The notes beneath the pieces are model-generated. The model was not told the origin of the DNA, did not search any database, and was given only the letters and a program-made list of their open reading frames with translations. From positions 7,492-71,491 of the forward strand of contig CATYXQ010000002.1 of the NCBI GenBank assembly GCA_958414825.1: a stretch of 64,000 nt of DNA, given 5' to 3'. The position numbers and the translations under genes are program-made. Of the stretch, positions 27,901 through 36,660 are shown one piece after another; position 1 is the stretch's first letter; each line of letters starts with the position of its first letter. This stretch comes from an uncultured Eubacteriales bacterium (lineage in GTDB: Bacteria; Bacillota; Clostridia; Oscillospirales; CAG-272).

Positions 27901-30305
27901 ATACCAATGCGGACAATTTCTGCGACGAGTGCGGAGCCGATCTGGCCTGCAAGCACACGTCTACGCATCAGGTTACGGTTACAGTTCCGACCTGCTCGAT
28001 CGAAGGATTTGCAAACGTCGTCTGCGACGACTGTCAAATGGTGACACAGAGCAATGTTTCGCTCGGCTTTGATCCGGATAACCATGCGGGAAAAGCCCTT
28101 ACGCTCCGTTACAGCGCGAGGGAAAGCTGTGTTGAATATGTCTGCGCGGGCTGCGGCGCAGTTGTGTACAAGGATACCGCGCTGAAAACGGACGTTTATG
28201 TAAAGCAGGACGGTGTTGTCCCCTCCGGCGACAATGTTCCGACTTCTCCGATCGGTACGACCGAGGCGACGGCCTTTGCCGATTTTGCGATGGCGATGGA
28301 ATATGCCGCAGCGTCAGTAAACGCGGGCAATGAAAATGTGACCGTTCATATCGTGGATTCGGCGGTGGTCGGCGCAAGGTACGCCACGCCCGAATTTACC
28401 GGCGGCGTGATTACGGTTTCGGGCGGCGAACTGAATTTCAATACGCAGCCCAGACGCTTCTATTTGAACGGCGATGTGACCTTTGAGCGCATGACCTTTA
28501 AAACCAACGCAACCGACGGCATGCTGATCTTCGCACAGAACCATGCGCTGGTGCTCGGCGAGGGAATCGTTATGGGCAATGCGGGCACCCTGAAAGGTGT
28601 TGACGGCTTCCCTGAAATCAACAATGTCAAAATGTATGTCATGGGCGGCTTTGAGGGTGACGCAGGCGATGGAAAGGAACTGAACACCAACGTCACGGTA
28701 CGTTCGGGCAGCTACTGGTATATCGGCGGCTGGAACCGTCAGGCGCCGTCCGCCAACAAAAATTCCGGTACGGCGAACCTGACCATCGGCAAAACCAATC
28801 CGGACGACGAACTGCTGATTCATTATGTTGTACCGTTCTCCACTGGAACCGGCTATATTTCGGCAGAATCAGAAGCAACGGTTATCATTGACGGCGACGC
28901 CGAGATTATGAGACTGTTTGCGACCACGCAGAACGAGGTAACTGCGGACATTATGTATACCACAAACTTTGTTCTGAAGGGCGACGTCAACCCCGAGCAT
29001 CCGGAATTTAACAACGGCCTCGGCATCGACGTCAATGCGCAGATCGATGCGAAAATGCAGACGGTTAACGTCTACACGGATGCGCGTGTCGAGACGGCTG
29101 TGATCGACTCCTATGCGTTCTTCGGCAACTCGGCAGCGGCGCTGGAGCCGGATCCGACGCTGAATACCATCGGTGCTATCGTAAACAAGTACACATATGT
29201 AGATTATTGTATAAAGGTACTCGGCGGACATGTTGACGAGGACCACGACAACCTCTGTGACGAGTGCGGCACGGATGCGCTCTGCAATCATGAAAGCTTT
29301 ACCGAGGAAATCACCACGCCTGCAACCTGTACGGAGCCGGGCGTCAAGACCTTTACCTGCACAGACTGCATGAACACGCCGCCGTATTCTTATACGGAGC
29401 AGATCGCTCCGCTCGGCCATGATTTGGTTCTGGTAACCCCTGAGGTTCCGAAGACCTGCACGACGCCGGGTACGACAGCGGTTTACAAATGCCAGAGAGA
29501 GAACTGCGAACATGTCGAGGGCGGAGAAGTGATTCCCGCCGGACATACGTTTGGCGAATGGGTTGTAACCAAACCCGCGAAGCCGGGCGTCAAGGGCGAA
29601 GAGTCCCATACCTGCTCGGAGTGCGGATTTGTTGAAAAGAGAGAGATCGCGGCGCTGCCCGAGGATGAGGGCAACCGCAACCTGATCGCGCTTGTCGTCA
29701 GCCAAAATAAGGCGGAGTTCACCGTTCGTTTCAGCACGGTAGGCGCGGCGAAGATTGAGTCGCAGATCGTGAAGAAAGGCAGCGTGGCTGAAAAACCGGA
29801 AGATCCGGTCAAACTCGGATTCTATTTTGCGGGCTGGTACCGCGACGCCCGCTATGAGACGCCGTATGATTTTGCGGCGCCGGTATCGGAGGATCTGACG
29901 CTGTTTGCAAAATGGGAGACGGTTGACCCGCGCATCGTGATGACGGTCGGTTCGGTTGACGTCAGCGTATTCGGCATGGCGACGTATGCGGATGTACCGC
30001 CGGTTATCGTAAACAACCGGACCATGCTCCCCGCCCGTTTTGTAGCGGAAGCGCTCGGCGGCGTGGTGACCTGGAATGCGGATGAACGCAAGGTAACGAT
30101 CATTTCCGGAGAGACGGGCATTGAGCTTTACATTGACAGCACGGCGGCCTACATCGACGGCCGTGAAGTGACGCTGGACAGCGCGCCGTTTATCAGGGAC
30201 GACCGTACCTATCTGCCGCTGCGGTTTATTGCCGAGGCGCTCGGCGCTAAGGTAGACTGGTATCCGGAAAGCGGAAAGATCGTTCTGACCAGAACCGAGG
30301 GATAA
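24972..30305 (+). CDS. Giant secreted surface protein: GLUG-motif repeats, duplicated beta-helix-like modules, Cys-rich modules, Listeria-Bacteroides (Flg_new) repeat, copper-amine-oxidase-N-like C-terminus
   Basis: Signal peptide. Repeated xxGGIVG GLUG-like motifs (YAGGIVGVSFG, YVGGIVGFAN, MVGGIVGRFD, YVGGIIGISN...). FYFAGWYRD..PYDF..PVSEDLTLFAKWE (Flg_new type). C-terminal RTMLPARFVAEALGGVVTW and RTYLPLRFIAEALGAKVDW. RBS aaaggag. Confidence 0.9.
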   Translation: MQKKIFCTVFSLCAMLLLLTFAAGAYEFTTVEKDGKTWSQISTAEDLVNLMNDPTKWGSKSAFVNYVLTTDIDLSTYTGPLKQHPIGNQPDTERFRGTFDGAGFEISGLDMSREGFVGLFGYVVNAEIKDLTVSGQVSATGNYAGGIVGVSFGSVTIDNCVNKCTVSAPNSNYVGGIVGFANLSGLPSGTYAVVIRDSVNEGDVIGKSMVGGIVGRFDASSVNKNLSATFEGCTNNGDVVADAPAEHVYVGGIIGISNVGTEKKTAGCATQISGCVNNGAVSGNAVGKYFAYTGGMVGYLRAWIPDLQTVTECVNNGDITSPAYVGGITGYGYAVAGGQTIEKCVNTGTLTATGTTQAEVGGIAGISWNTSVDNCLNTGEVVASAKRAGGLIGRVNGYVYAYTVSGNVNLGAVTAPGGTESVAAIVGDTEAGIPSDGMSPSKGMYAENNYYTEGAADPYGTQVDPAAIGSPEQFAGLDKAAWILTVDGPELRAFHEHDGTVRAVSVSDTQHQWTCSCFEYTGGEVENHAFNAEKVCTVCGYTQSACPHTTTHNVITVTPTCTVEGKANKVCDTCSQTVQINVSLGLDANNHKGKALTLRYNADENCAEYVCAGCSAVVYKDTALAADVYVKQDGIVVSGDKIPTASIGTTEETAFADFAMAMEYAAASVNSGNEDVTVHIVDSAAVGANYGTPEFTGGVITVTGGELNFNERLRRFFLNGDVTFEHMTFKTNATDGMSITAQNHALVLGEGLVMGNAGTLPGVDGYGFPAINNVKMYVVGGYENDAHEGKELNTNITVRSGNYWFVGGWNRGTGSTNYGTSHITVGKTDPADELTINFFVPFSTGNQYISEESAATVIVDGDATIMRPFVGTQNGATADVMYVTNYVLKGNINPTPENQEFNGGRGIDINSNTAAKKQTVNVYVDMRVDTAVADSYVFFGEPGGAYTADTTLENIGAIVNNYTYAQYCETVLGGHFDTNADNFCDECGADLACKHTSTHQVTVTVPTCSIEGFANVVCDDCQMVTQSNVSLGFDPDNHAGKALTLRYSARESCVEYVCAGCGAVVYKDTALKTDVYVKQDGVVPSGDNVPTSPIGTTEATAFADFAMAMEYAAASVNAGNENVTVHIVDSAVVGARYATPEFTGGVITVSGGELNFNTQPRRFYLNGDVTFERMTFKTNATDGMLIFAQNHALVLGEGIVMGNAGTLKGVDGFPEINNVKMYVMGGFEGDAGDGKELNTNVTVRSGSYWYIGGWNRQAPSANKNSGTANLTIGKTNPDDELLIHYVVPFSTGTGYISAESEATVIIDGDAEIMRLFATTQNEVTADIMYTTNFVLKGDVNPEHPEFNNGLGIDVNAQIDAKMQTVNVYTDARVETAVIDSYAFFGNSAAALEPDPTLNTIGAIVNKYTYVDYCIKVLGGHVDEDHDNLCDECGTDALCNHESFTEEITTPATCTEPGVKTFTCTDCMNTPPYSYTEQIAPLGHDLVLVTPEVPKTCTTPGTTAVYKCQRENCEHVEGGEVIPAGHTFGEWVVTKPAKPGVKGEESHTCSECGFVEKREIAALPEDEGNRNLIALVVSQNKAEFTVRFSTVGAAKIESQIVKKGSVAEKPEDPVKLGFYFAGWYRDARYETPYDFAAPVSEDLTLFAKWETVDPRIVMTVGSVDVSVFGMATYADVPPVIVNNRTMLPARFVAEALGGVVTWNADERKVTIISGETGIELYIDSTAAYIDGREVTLDSAPFIRDDRTYLPLRFIAEALGAKVDWYPESGKIVLTRTEG
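26604..29285 (+). repeat. Intragenic tandem duplication, 2 x 1341 nt (447 aa each)
   Basis: Unit 1 starts ACPHTTTHNVITVTPTCTVEGKANKVCDTC (26604). Unit 2 starts ACKHTSTHQVTVTVPTCSIEGFANVVCDDC (27945). The units are colinear over their whole length. The paired antisense shadow ORFs 26758-27036 and 28099-28377 are also offset by exactly 1341 nt. Confidence 0.9.
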
Positions 30306-30341
30306 GAAAATCCAAATCGGCTGAAAAATCAAAATCGCCCC

Positions 30342-30381
30342 CGTTTCGTATATACGAGACGGGGGCGATTTGACTGTCGGA
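30342..30381. terminator. Long near-perfect palindrome after the giant gene (terminator-like, no clear U tract)
   Basis: aaatcgcccccgtttcgtata / tatacgagacgggggcgattt: 20-bp arms with one G-U position. Confidence 0.45.
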
Positions 30382-30696
30382 AAGCAAAAATCGTTTCGGG
30401 ATGCGGCGAGGGGTAAACGGCATATACATTTTTTACTGAAGCGCGCTGTTCGCTTTGTCGTTTTTTGTCCGCGCGTCCTCTTCGTAGCCTCACGCCCGCC
30501 GAAATTCAAAAATTTTTTGACCCGCCGCGCATTTTCCGTCTATTTGAATTTGCTTTTTTCTGCGATCTGTGTTACACTGTTTTCAGATGCGGGTCCAGAC
30601 GGCGCCGCGTTTGAACTCAGATGGAAATTTCAAATTCTGCGCGGCGAGTCGGGCATGTCCCAAACTGGTCGCGCGGCGAAAAGGCAGGAATGTTTT

Positions 30697-31935
30697 ATGG
30701 AACCGAAATACAACCGCTATGACAAGAGCCGCGCGCTTTTTGAACGCGCTTCGCGCGTGATTCCCTCCGGTATCTACGGGCACCAGGGACCCGCGGAGGG
30801 GTGCTTTATCCCGGTGGACGCTTTTCCGTTTTATTCCGAGCGTGCGAAGGGGAGCTACTTTTGGGATGTGGACGGCAACCGCTTTATCGACTACATGTGC
30901 GCCTATGGTCCGAACATTCTCGGCTACGGAGACGAGGAGGTGGACGAGGCCGCAAGGAAGCAGCTTGAAAAGGAGAACTGCGTCACCGCGCCCTCGTCGG
31001 TGATGGTTGATTTTGCCGAACTGCTCACCGGAACGATAGCATCGGCCGACTGGAGCTTTTTTGCCAAGAACGGCAACGACGTGACCACGCTTGCGGTCAT
31101 GACGGCGCGCGCCTATACGCGGCGCAAGAAGATCGTCTTTTTCAAGGGCTATTACCACGGCGTTTCCGCGTGGACGCAGAAGATCGACTATTCCGGGGTG
31201 CTGGAGGAGGAGGTTTGCAACAATCTGTATGTCAAGTGGAACGATTTTGCGGCGCTTGAGCGGGTCTTTGCCGAGAATCCGGGGCAGATTGCCGCAGTCA
31301 TCTCCCAGCCGTATATGCACGGGAACTTTGCCGACAACGAGCTTCCGGCCGAGGGCTTTTGGCAGCGCGTGCGCGACAAATGCACGGCGGAGGGAACCGT
31401 TTTAATCATAGACGACGTGCGCGCCGGGTTCCGGCTGGACGTCGCCGGATCGGATCATTATTTCGGCTTTGAGGCCGACCTGATCTGCTTTTGCAAGGCG
31501 TTGGCCAACGGCTACAACGTGTCGGCGCTGTGCGGCAAGGATTTTCTCAAAAACACGGTCAGCGGCATTTCGTTCACTGGCAGCTACTGGATGAGCGCGG
31601 TTCCGTTTGCCGCCGGAATCGCTTGTATCAATAAAATGAAGCGGCTGGATCTGCCAAGGCTTCTGCGTGAAAAGGGTGAAAAGCTCTGCGGCGGACTCCG
31701 CGGCGCGGCGGCAAAGCACGGCTATGATCTGCGCGTTTCGGGCGAGCCTGCGCTCTTTTATCTGCGCATTGCAAACGACGACAGTTTGATGACGCATCAG
31801 CGCTTTGTCGCCGAAATGGTGCGCAGAGGCGTTTATTTCACCAACCACCACAATCATTTTTTGAATTATGCGCTCTCTGACGCCGATATTGCACAAACGA
31901 TTGAGATCGCCGACGACGTGTTCCGCACGCTCTGA
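30697..31935 (+). CDS. Class-III (PLP) aminotransferase, glutamate-1-semialdehyde aminomutase-like
   Basis: ATG 30697 (MEPKYNRYDKSRALFERASRVIPSGIYGHQGP). LIIDDVRAGFRLD resembles the DEVxTGFR motif. Candidate PLP lysine in DLICFCKALANG. Confidence 0.8.
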   Translation: MEPKYNRYDKSRALFERASRVIPSGIYGHQGPAEGCFIPVDAFPFYSERAKGSYFWDVDGNRFIDYMCAYGPNILGYGDEEVDEAARKQLEKENCVTAPSSVMVDFAELLTGTIASADWSFFAKNGNDVTTLAVMTARAYTRRKKIVFFKGYYHGVSAWTQKIDYSGVLEEEVCNNLYVKWNDFAALERVFAENPGQIAAVISQPYMHGNFADNELPAEGFWQRVRDKCTAEGTVLIIDDVRAGFRLDVAGSDHYFGFEADLICFCKALANGYNVSALCGKDFLKNTVSGISFTGSYWMSAVPFAAGIACINKMKRLDLPRLLREKGEKLCGGLRGAAAKHGYDLRVSGEPALFYLRIANDDSLMTHQRFVAEMVRRGVYFTNHHNHFLNYALSDADIAQTIEIADDVFRTL

Positions 31936-32018
31936 ACGGATAACGCCTTTTCGTATATGAGATCGGATTTTCGATTTTTGGCCGCGGCGTTTGCCGCGCC
32001 GCACATAGAGGTGATGGT

Positions 32019-32842
32019 ATGGAAACCTTTGCAAACACAACCGGGGATTTTTTGAGGGATCAGGCGGCGCTCCCGCTGCGCCCGACTGCGTTCGGTACCT
32101 GCATGAAGCTTCCCGAAATGCCGTCCGGCGGCAATGCGCATCTGCTGCTTGCCGTGCGATCGGGGGGCGCGCTCGCGCATTTGCCGGACGGCGCTGCGCA
32201 AAAGCTTGCGGCCGGTTCTCTTTTGTATGTGCGCGCGGGCGCGGCGCTGCGCTTTGAGGCTGTATCCGGGGATACGGTCTGCGAATTTGTGCGGTTTGAT
32301 GCAGACGCGGACTTCATGCGGCATTTGGATCTGCCCGACGCGCTTGCCGGCGAGGCGGGAGAGGGCGCGTCGCTTTCCGGCATTGTCCGGATGAATCCGT
32401 ATGCGCTTGAATTTGCGCACGACTGCCTGAAAATCTGCGCGATTGTGTATTTTGCGCTGGCAAAGCTTGCGCGCGACCGGATGCTCAGCCGCTTTGAGCG
32501 TTTTGACGCGCTCGCAGACCGCCTGTCGCCCGCGATGCTGCAAATTGAGCAGCGCTATTCGTTCGGGTGCTGGCGTACAGCTGCCGGATGAGCGAGAGCC
32601 AGTTTTCCCGCCTGTTCAAGCAGATGTACGGATGCACGCCGATTCAGTATTTGATCCGCGTCCGGCTGGACAAGGCCAAAGAACTGCTCGCCTCCGGCGA
32701 ATATGATCTGGACGCAGTTGCGGCGTCATGCGGTCTTGGCAACGCCAAATATTTCGGCGAGCTTTTGAAAAAGCACGATCATATCACGCCGCGCGAGCTT
32801 CGCGTGATGTACAAAGAGACCACGCAGCTTCGGTTCTTTTGA
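32019..32842 (+). pseudogene. AraC-family transcriptional regulator, split by a frameshift near 32546-32570
   Basis: ORF 32019-32591 carries the sensor domain and the start of the HTH region (LQIEQRYSF). ORF 32567-32842, in another frame, carries the rest (LAYSCRMSESQFSRLFKQMYGCTPIQYLIRVRLDKAKELL...). Together they make one canonical AraC protein. Confidence 0.6.
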
Positions 32843-32903
32843 AAAATTTGCGTAAAAAACCAGTAAAAATCGGGGCGCATATTCAAAAACTGCGGATTTT
32901 CTA

Positions 32904-32932
32904 TTTACTTTTCAAAGCTGCAATGGTATAAT
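32904..32932 (+). promoter_or_regulatory. Putative PFOR promoter
   Basis: TTTACT (32904-32909), 17-nt spacer, TGgTATAAT extended -10 (TATAAT 32927-32932). Confidence 0.45.
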
Positions 32933-32998
32933 GTACGGTGGTATTTAAGCAATCAATATGATTTAAATATAAATTTTAGTTTTTTGGAGGTATTCCCA

Positions 32999-35900
32999 AT
33001 GGCAAGAAAAAAACTTTCCATGGACGGTAATACTGCCGCGGCGCACGTAAGCTATGCCTTTACGGAAGTCGCGGGTATTTACCCGATTACGCCGTCCAGC
33101 CCGATGGCGGACAGCGTCGATCAGTGGTCGGCACAGGGGCTGAAGAACATCTTCGGCACGACTGTAAAGGTTATGGAGATGCAGTCTGAGGCAGGCGCTG
33201 CGGGCACTGTACACGGCAGCCTGGCGGCAGGCGCGCTCACAACGACGTACACAGCTTCTCAGGGGCTTCTTTTGATGATCCCGAACATGTATAAGATCGC
33301 GGGCGAGCTTCTTCCCTGCGTATTTCATGTTTCTGCGCGCTGCGTCGCGTCTCATGCGCTGAACATTTTCGGCGACCATTCGGACGTGTACGCCTGCCGT
33401 CAGACCGGCTTTGCCATGCTGGCCGAGACCAACCCGCAGGAGGTCATGGATCTCAGCGCGGTTGCGCACCTTTCGACCATCAAGGGCAGAGTGCCGTTCC
33501 TCAACTTCTTTGACGGCTTCCGCACCTCGCATGAGATTCAGAAGATCGAGGTCTGGGATTTCGACGATCTGAAAGAAATGACCGATATGGACGCGGTCGA
33601 GGCGTTCCGCGCCCGTTCGCTCAATCCCGCGCATCCCGTGCTTCGCGGTTCGGCTGAAAACGGCGATATTTTCTTCCAGCACAGAGAGGCCTGCAACCGC
33701 TACTACGACGCGCTTCCCGCAATCGTCGAGGAATACATGGACAAGGTCAACGCAAAGATCGGCACCGATTACAAGCTCTTCAACTACTACGGCGCGCCGG
33801 ATGCGGAGCGCGTGATCGTCGCAATGGGTTCGATCTGCGACGTCTGCGAGGAGGTCATCGACTACCTGACCGCCAAGGGCGAAAAGGTCGGCCTTGTAAA
33901 GGTTCGCCTGTACCGTCCGTTCTGCGCGGACAAACTGGCCGCGGCGCTCCCCAAAACCGTGAAGAAGATCGCGGTTCTCGACAGAACGAAAGAGCCCGGT
34001 TCGCTCGGCGAGCCGCTGTATCTCGATGTTGTCGCCGCGCTCGATAAAGAAAACGTCAAAGCACAGATCATCGGCGGCCGCTACGGACTCGGTTCCAAGG
34101 ACACGACGCCCGCAAGCGTTTTCGCCGTTTATGAAAACCTCGCCGCCGCGCAGCCGAAAGCAAACTTCACAATCGGCATCGTAGACGACGTGACCGGACT
34201 TTCCCTTCCGGAGAAGCCCGCGCCCGATACCAGCGCTGCCGGAACGATTTCCTGCAAGTTCTGGGGGCTTGGCGGCGACGGCACGGTCGGCGCAAACAAG
34301 AACTCGATCAAGATCATCGGCGACCATACCGATAAATTTATTCAGGCGTACTTCCAGTACGATTCCAAGAAGACCGGCGGCGTGACGATCTCGCACCTCC
34401 GTTTCGGCGACAAACCGATTAAGTCTCCTTACTATATCACCAAGGCAAACTTCGTTGCCTGCCACAATTCTTCCTATATCCTCAAGGGATACAAGATCGT
34501 GGAGGACGTAATGCCCGGCGGCACGTTCATGCTCGACTGCCAGTGGACGCCTGAGGAACTCGATGCGCACCTGCCGGCGTCGGTTAAATCCTATATTGCA
34601 AACAACAACGTCAAGTTCTACATAATCGACGCTACGACGATCGCTTCCAAGCAGATCGGCAACGCAAAGGTTAAGAATACGGTTCTTCAGTCCGCGTTCT
34701 TTGCTCTGGCCAACATCCTGCCGAAGGATGAGGCGGTAGAGTATATGAAGAAGATGGCGTACAAGTCCTACATCAAAAAGGGACAGGCGATGGTTGACCT
34801 CAACTACAAGGCTATTGACGCCGGCGCAAACGCAATGACCGAGGTTGCTGTTCCCGCCGCATGGAAGACAGTTGAAGTCAAAGCGCAAGAGAGCGCAGCG
34901 TCCGGCGACCGTCCGGAGCTTGTCAAGTTCGTTAAGAACATTGTGGAGCCGGTTTCCAAGATGGACGGCGACGCACTGCCGGTTTCCGCGTTTGTGGATT
35001 ACGCGGACGGCACGTTCCCGCAGGGCGCCGCAGCCTATGAGAAGCGCGGCGTTGCGGTCAATGTCCCCGTATGGCATCCCGAAAACTGCATTCAGTGCAA
35101 CAACTGTGCGTTTGTCTGCCCGCACGCGGCAATCCGTCCGTTTGCGATGACCGCTGAGGAAGCCGCAGCGGCGCCCGCTGCGACCAAATTCACGGCGAAA
35201 CCGGTTCTCAAGACCGATTATAAATTCACGATGGCGATTTCTCCGATGGACTGCATGGGCTGTACGCTCTGCGTCAAGGCCTGCCCTGTAACGGCCAAAG
35301 CGCTGAAAGACGGCACGCCTGAGAAGTCCGCGATTGAGATGACCACGCAGGCCTCCCAGCTGGATCAGCAGGCGCCCTTCGATTATGCGGTTGCGCATGT
35401 ATCTGAGAAAAAGGAACTTATCAACAAGACCTCGATTAAGGGCAGCCAGTTCAAGCAGCCGCTGCTTGAGTTCTCCGGTTCCTGCGCAGGCTGTGCGGAG
35501 ACCTCTTATGCGCGTCTGATCACCCAGCTCTTCGGCGAAAGAATGTACATCTCCAACGCGACCGGCTGTTCCTCCATTTGGGGCGGCAGCGCGCCCGCAA
35601 CGCCTTACACCGTCAACCGGGAAACCGGCCGCGGTCCCGCGTGGGCAAATTCGCTCTTTGAGGACAACGCCGAGCACGGACTCGGTATGGCGCTCGGTCA
35701 GAAAGCGATCCGCGAGCGTCTGATGGCGAAACTTGAGGAAATGGCCGCGGCTGAGCATACGCCTGCCGAGACCAAGGCGCTGATTGAGACCTATTTTGCA
35801 ACCAGAGACGACGGCGAGGCCAACCAGGCCGCAACCGAAGCGCTGATTCCCGCGCTCGAAGCCGCGGCAGCTGCCGGATGCCCGGTTGCTCCCGAAATCC

Positions 35901-36580
35901 TCCGCGAAAAAGACTATCTGTCCAAGAAGTCCGTATGGATCTTCGGCGGCGACGGATGGGCTTATGACATTGGATTCGGCGGACTGGATCATGTGATCGC
36001 GTCCGGCGAGAACGTCAACATCATGGTATTTGATACCGAGGTGTACTCCAACACCGGCGGACAGGCGTCCAAGGCTTCCAACATCGGCCAGGTCGCGCAG
36101 TTTGCCGCTGCGGGCAAGGCAATCGGCAAGAAGAATCTTGCGGAGATCGCCATGTCCTACGGTTATGTTTACGTGGCGCAGATCGCGATGGGCGCGGATA
36201 TGAACCAGACCCTGAAAGCGATAACCGAGGCGGAAGCATACAACGGACCGTCCCTGATTATCGGTTATGCACCCTGCGAAATGCACGGCATCAAAGGCAC
36301 GATGGCCAACTGCCAGCTTGAGATGAAGCGTGCGGTTGAAGCGGGCTACTGGCAGATGTTCCGGTATAACCCGACGCTCAAGGCCGAGGGCAAGAATCCG
36401 CTGATTGTGGATTCCAAGGCGCCGACCGCGTCTTACCGTGACTTCATTACGAGCGAGACCCGTTACAGCCGTCTGGCGCAGCAGTTCCCTGAGAGAGCCG
36501 AAACGCTCTTCGCAAAGGCGGAAGAGGCTGCAAAGGCGAAGTATGAGCGTCTGCTCAAATACGGCGAAATGTTCAACTGA
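32999..36580 (+). CDS. nifJ: Pyruvate:ferredoxin (flavodoxin) oxidoreductase
   Basis: ATG 32999 after ggagg. 1193 aa single-chain PFOR. Two ferredoxin motifs, CIQCNNCAFVCP and CMGCTLCVKACP. TPP-binding IFGGDGWAYDIGFGGLDH. Confidence 0.97.
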   Translation: MARKKLSMDGNTAAAHVSYAFTEVAGIYPITPSSPMADSVDQWSAQGLKNIFGTTVKVMEMQSEAGAAGTVHGSLAAGALTTTYTASQGLLLMIPNMYKIAGELLPCVFHVSARCVASHALNIFGDHSDVYACRQTGFAMLAETNPQEVMDLSAVAHLSTIKGRVPFLNFFDGFRTSHEIQKIEVWDFDDLKEMTDMDAVEAFRARSLNPAHPVLRGSAENGDIFFQHREACNRYYDALPAIVEEYMDKVNAKIGTDYKLFNYYGAPDAERVIVAMGSICDVCEEVIDYLTAKGEKVGLVKVRLYRPFCADKLAAALPKTVKKIAVLDRTKEPGSLGEPLYLDVVAALDKENVKAQIIGGRYGLGSKDTTPASVFAVYENLAAAQPKANFTIGIVDDVTGLSLPEKPAPDTSAAGTISCKFWGLGGDGTVGANKNSIKIIGDHTDKFIQAYFQYDSKKTGGVTISHLRFGDKPIKSPYYITKANFVACHNSSYILKGYKIVEDVMPGGTFMLDCQWTPEELDAHLPASVKSYIANNNVKFYIIDATTIASKQIGNAKVKNTVLQSAFFALANILPKDEAVEYMKKMAYKSYIKKGQAMVDLNYKAIDAGANAMTEVAVPAAWKTVEVKAQESAASGDRPELVKFVKNIVEPVSKMDGDALPVSAFVDYADGTFPQGAAAYEKRGVAVNVPVWHPENCIQCNNCAFVCPHAAIRPFAMTAEEAAAAPAATKFTAKPVLKTDYKFTMAISPMDCMGCTLCVKACPVTAKALKDGTPEKSAIEMTTQASQLDQQAPFDYAVAHVSEKKELINKTSIKGSQFKQPLLEFSGSCAGCAETSYARLITQLFGERMYISNATGCSSIWGGSAPATPYTVNRETGRGPAWANSLFEDNAEHGLGMALGQKAIRERLMAKLEEMAAAEHTPAETKALIETYFATRDDGEANQAATEALIPALEAAAAAGCPVAPEILREKDYLSKKSVWIFGGDGWAYDIGFGGLDHVIASGENVNIMVFDTEVYSNTGGQASKASNIGQVAQFAAAGKAIGKKNLAEIAMSYGYVYVAQIAMGADMNQTLKAITEAEAYNGPSLIIGYAPCEMHGIKGTMANCQLEMKRAVEAGYWQMFRYNPTLKAEGKNPLIVDSKAPTASYRDFITSETRYSRLAQQFPERAETLFAKAEEAAKAKYERLLKYGEMFN

Positions 36581-36606
36581 CTTTTTGTTGACCATCTGAA
36601 TGAAAA

Positions 36607-36650
36607 AGCGTCCGCAGCACCGGAAAATCCGGTTGCTGCGGACGCTTTGC
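36607..36650. terminator. Terminator between convergent PFOR and membrane-protein genes
   Basis: agcgtccgcagcaccgg aaaa tccggttgctgcggacgct: 17-bp stem with one bulge, followed by ttt. Confidence 0.7.
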
Positions 36651-36660
36651 GCTGTTTGAA

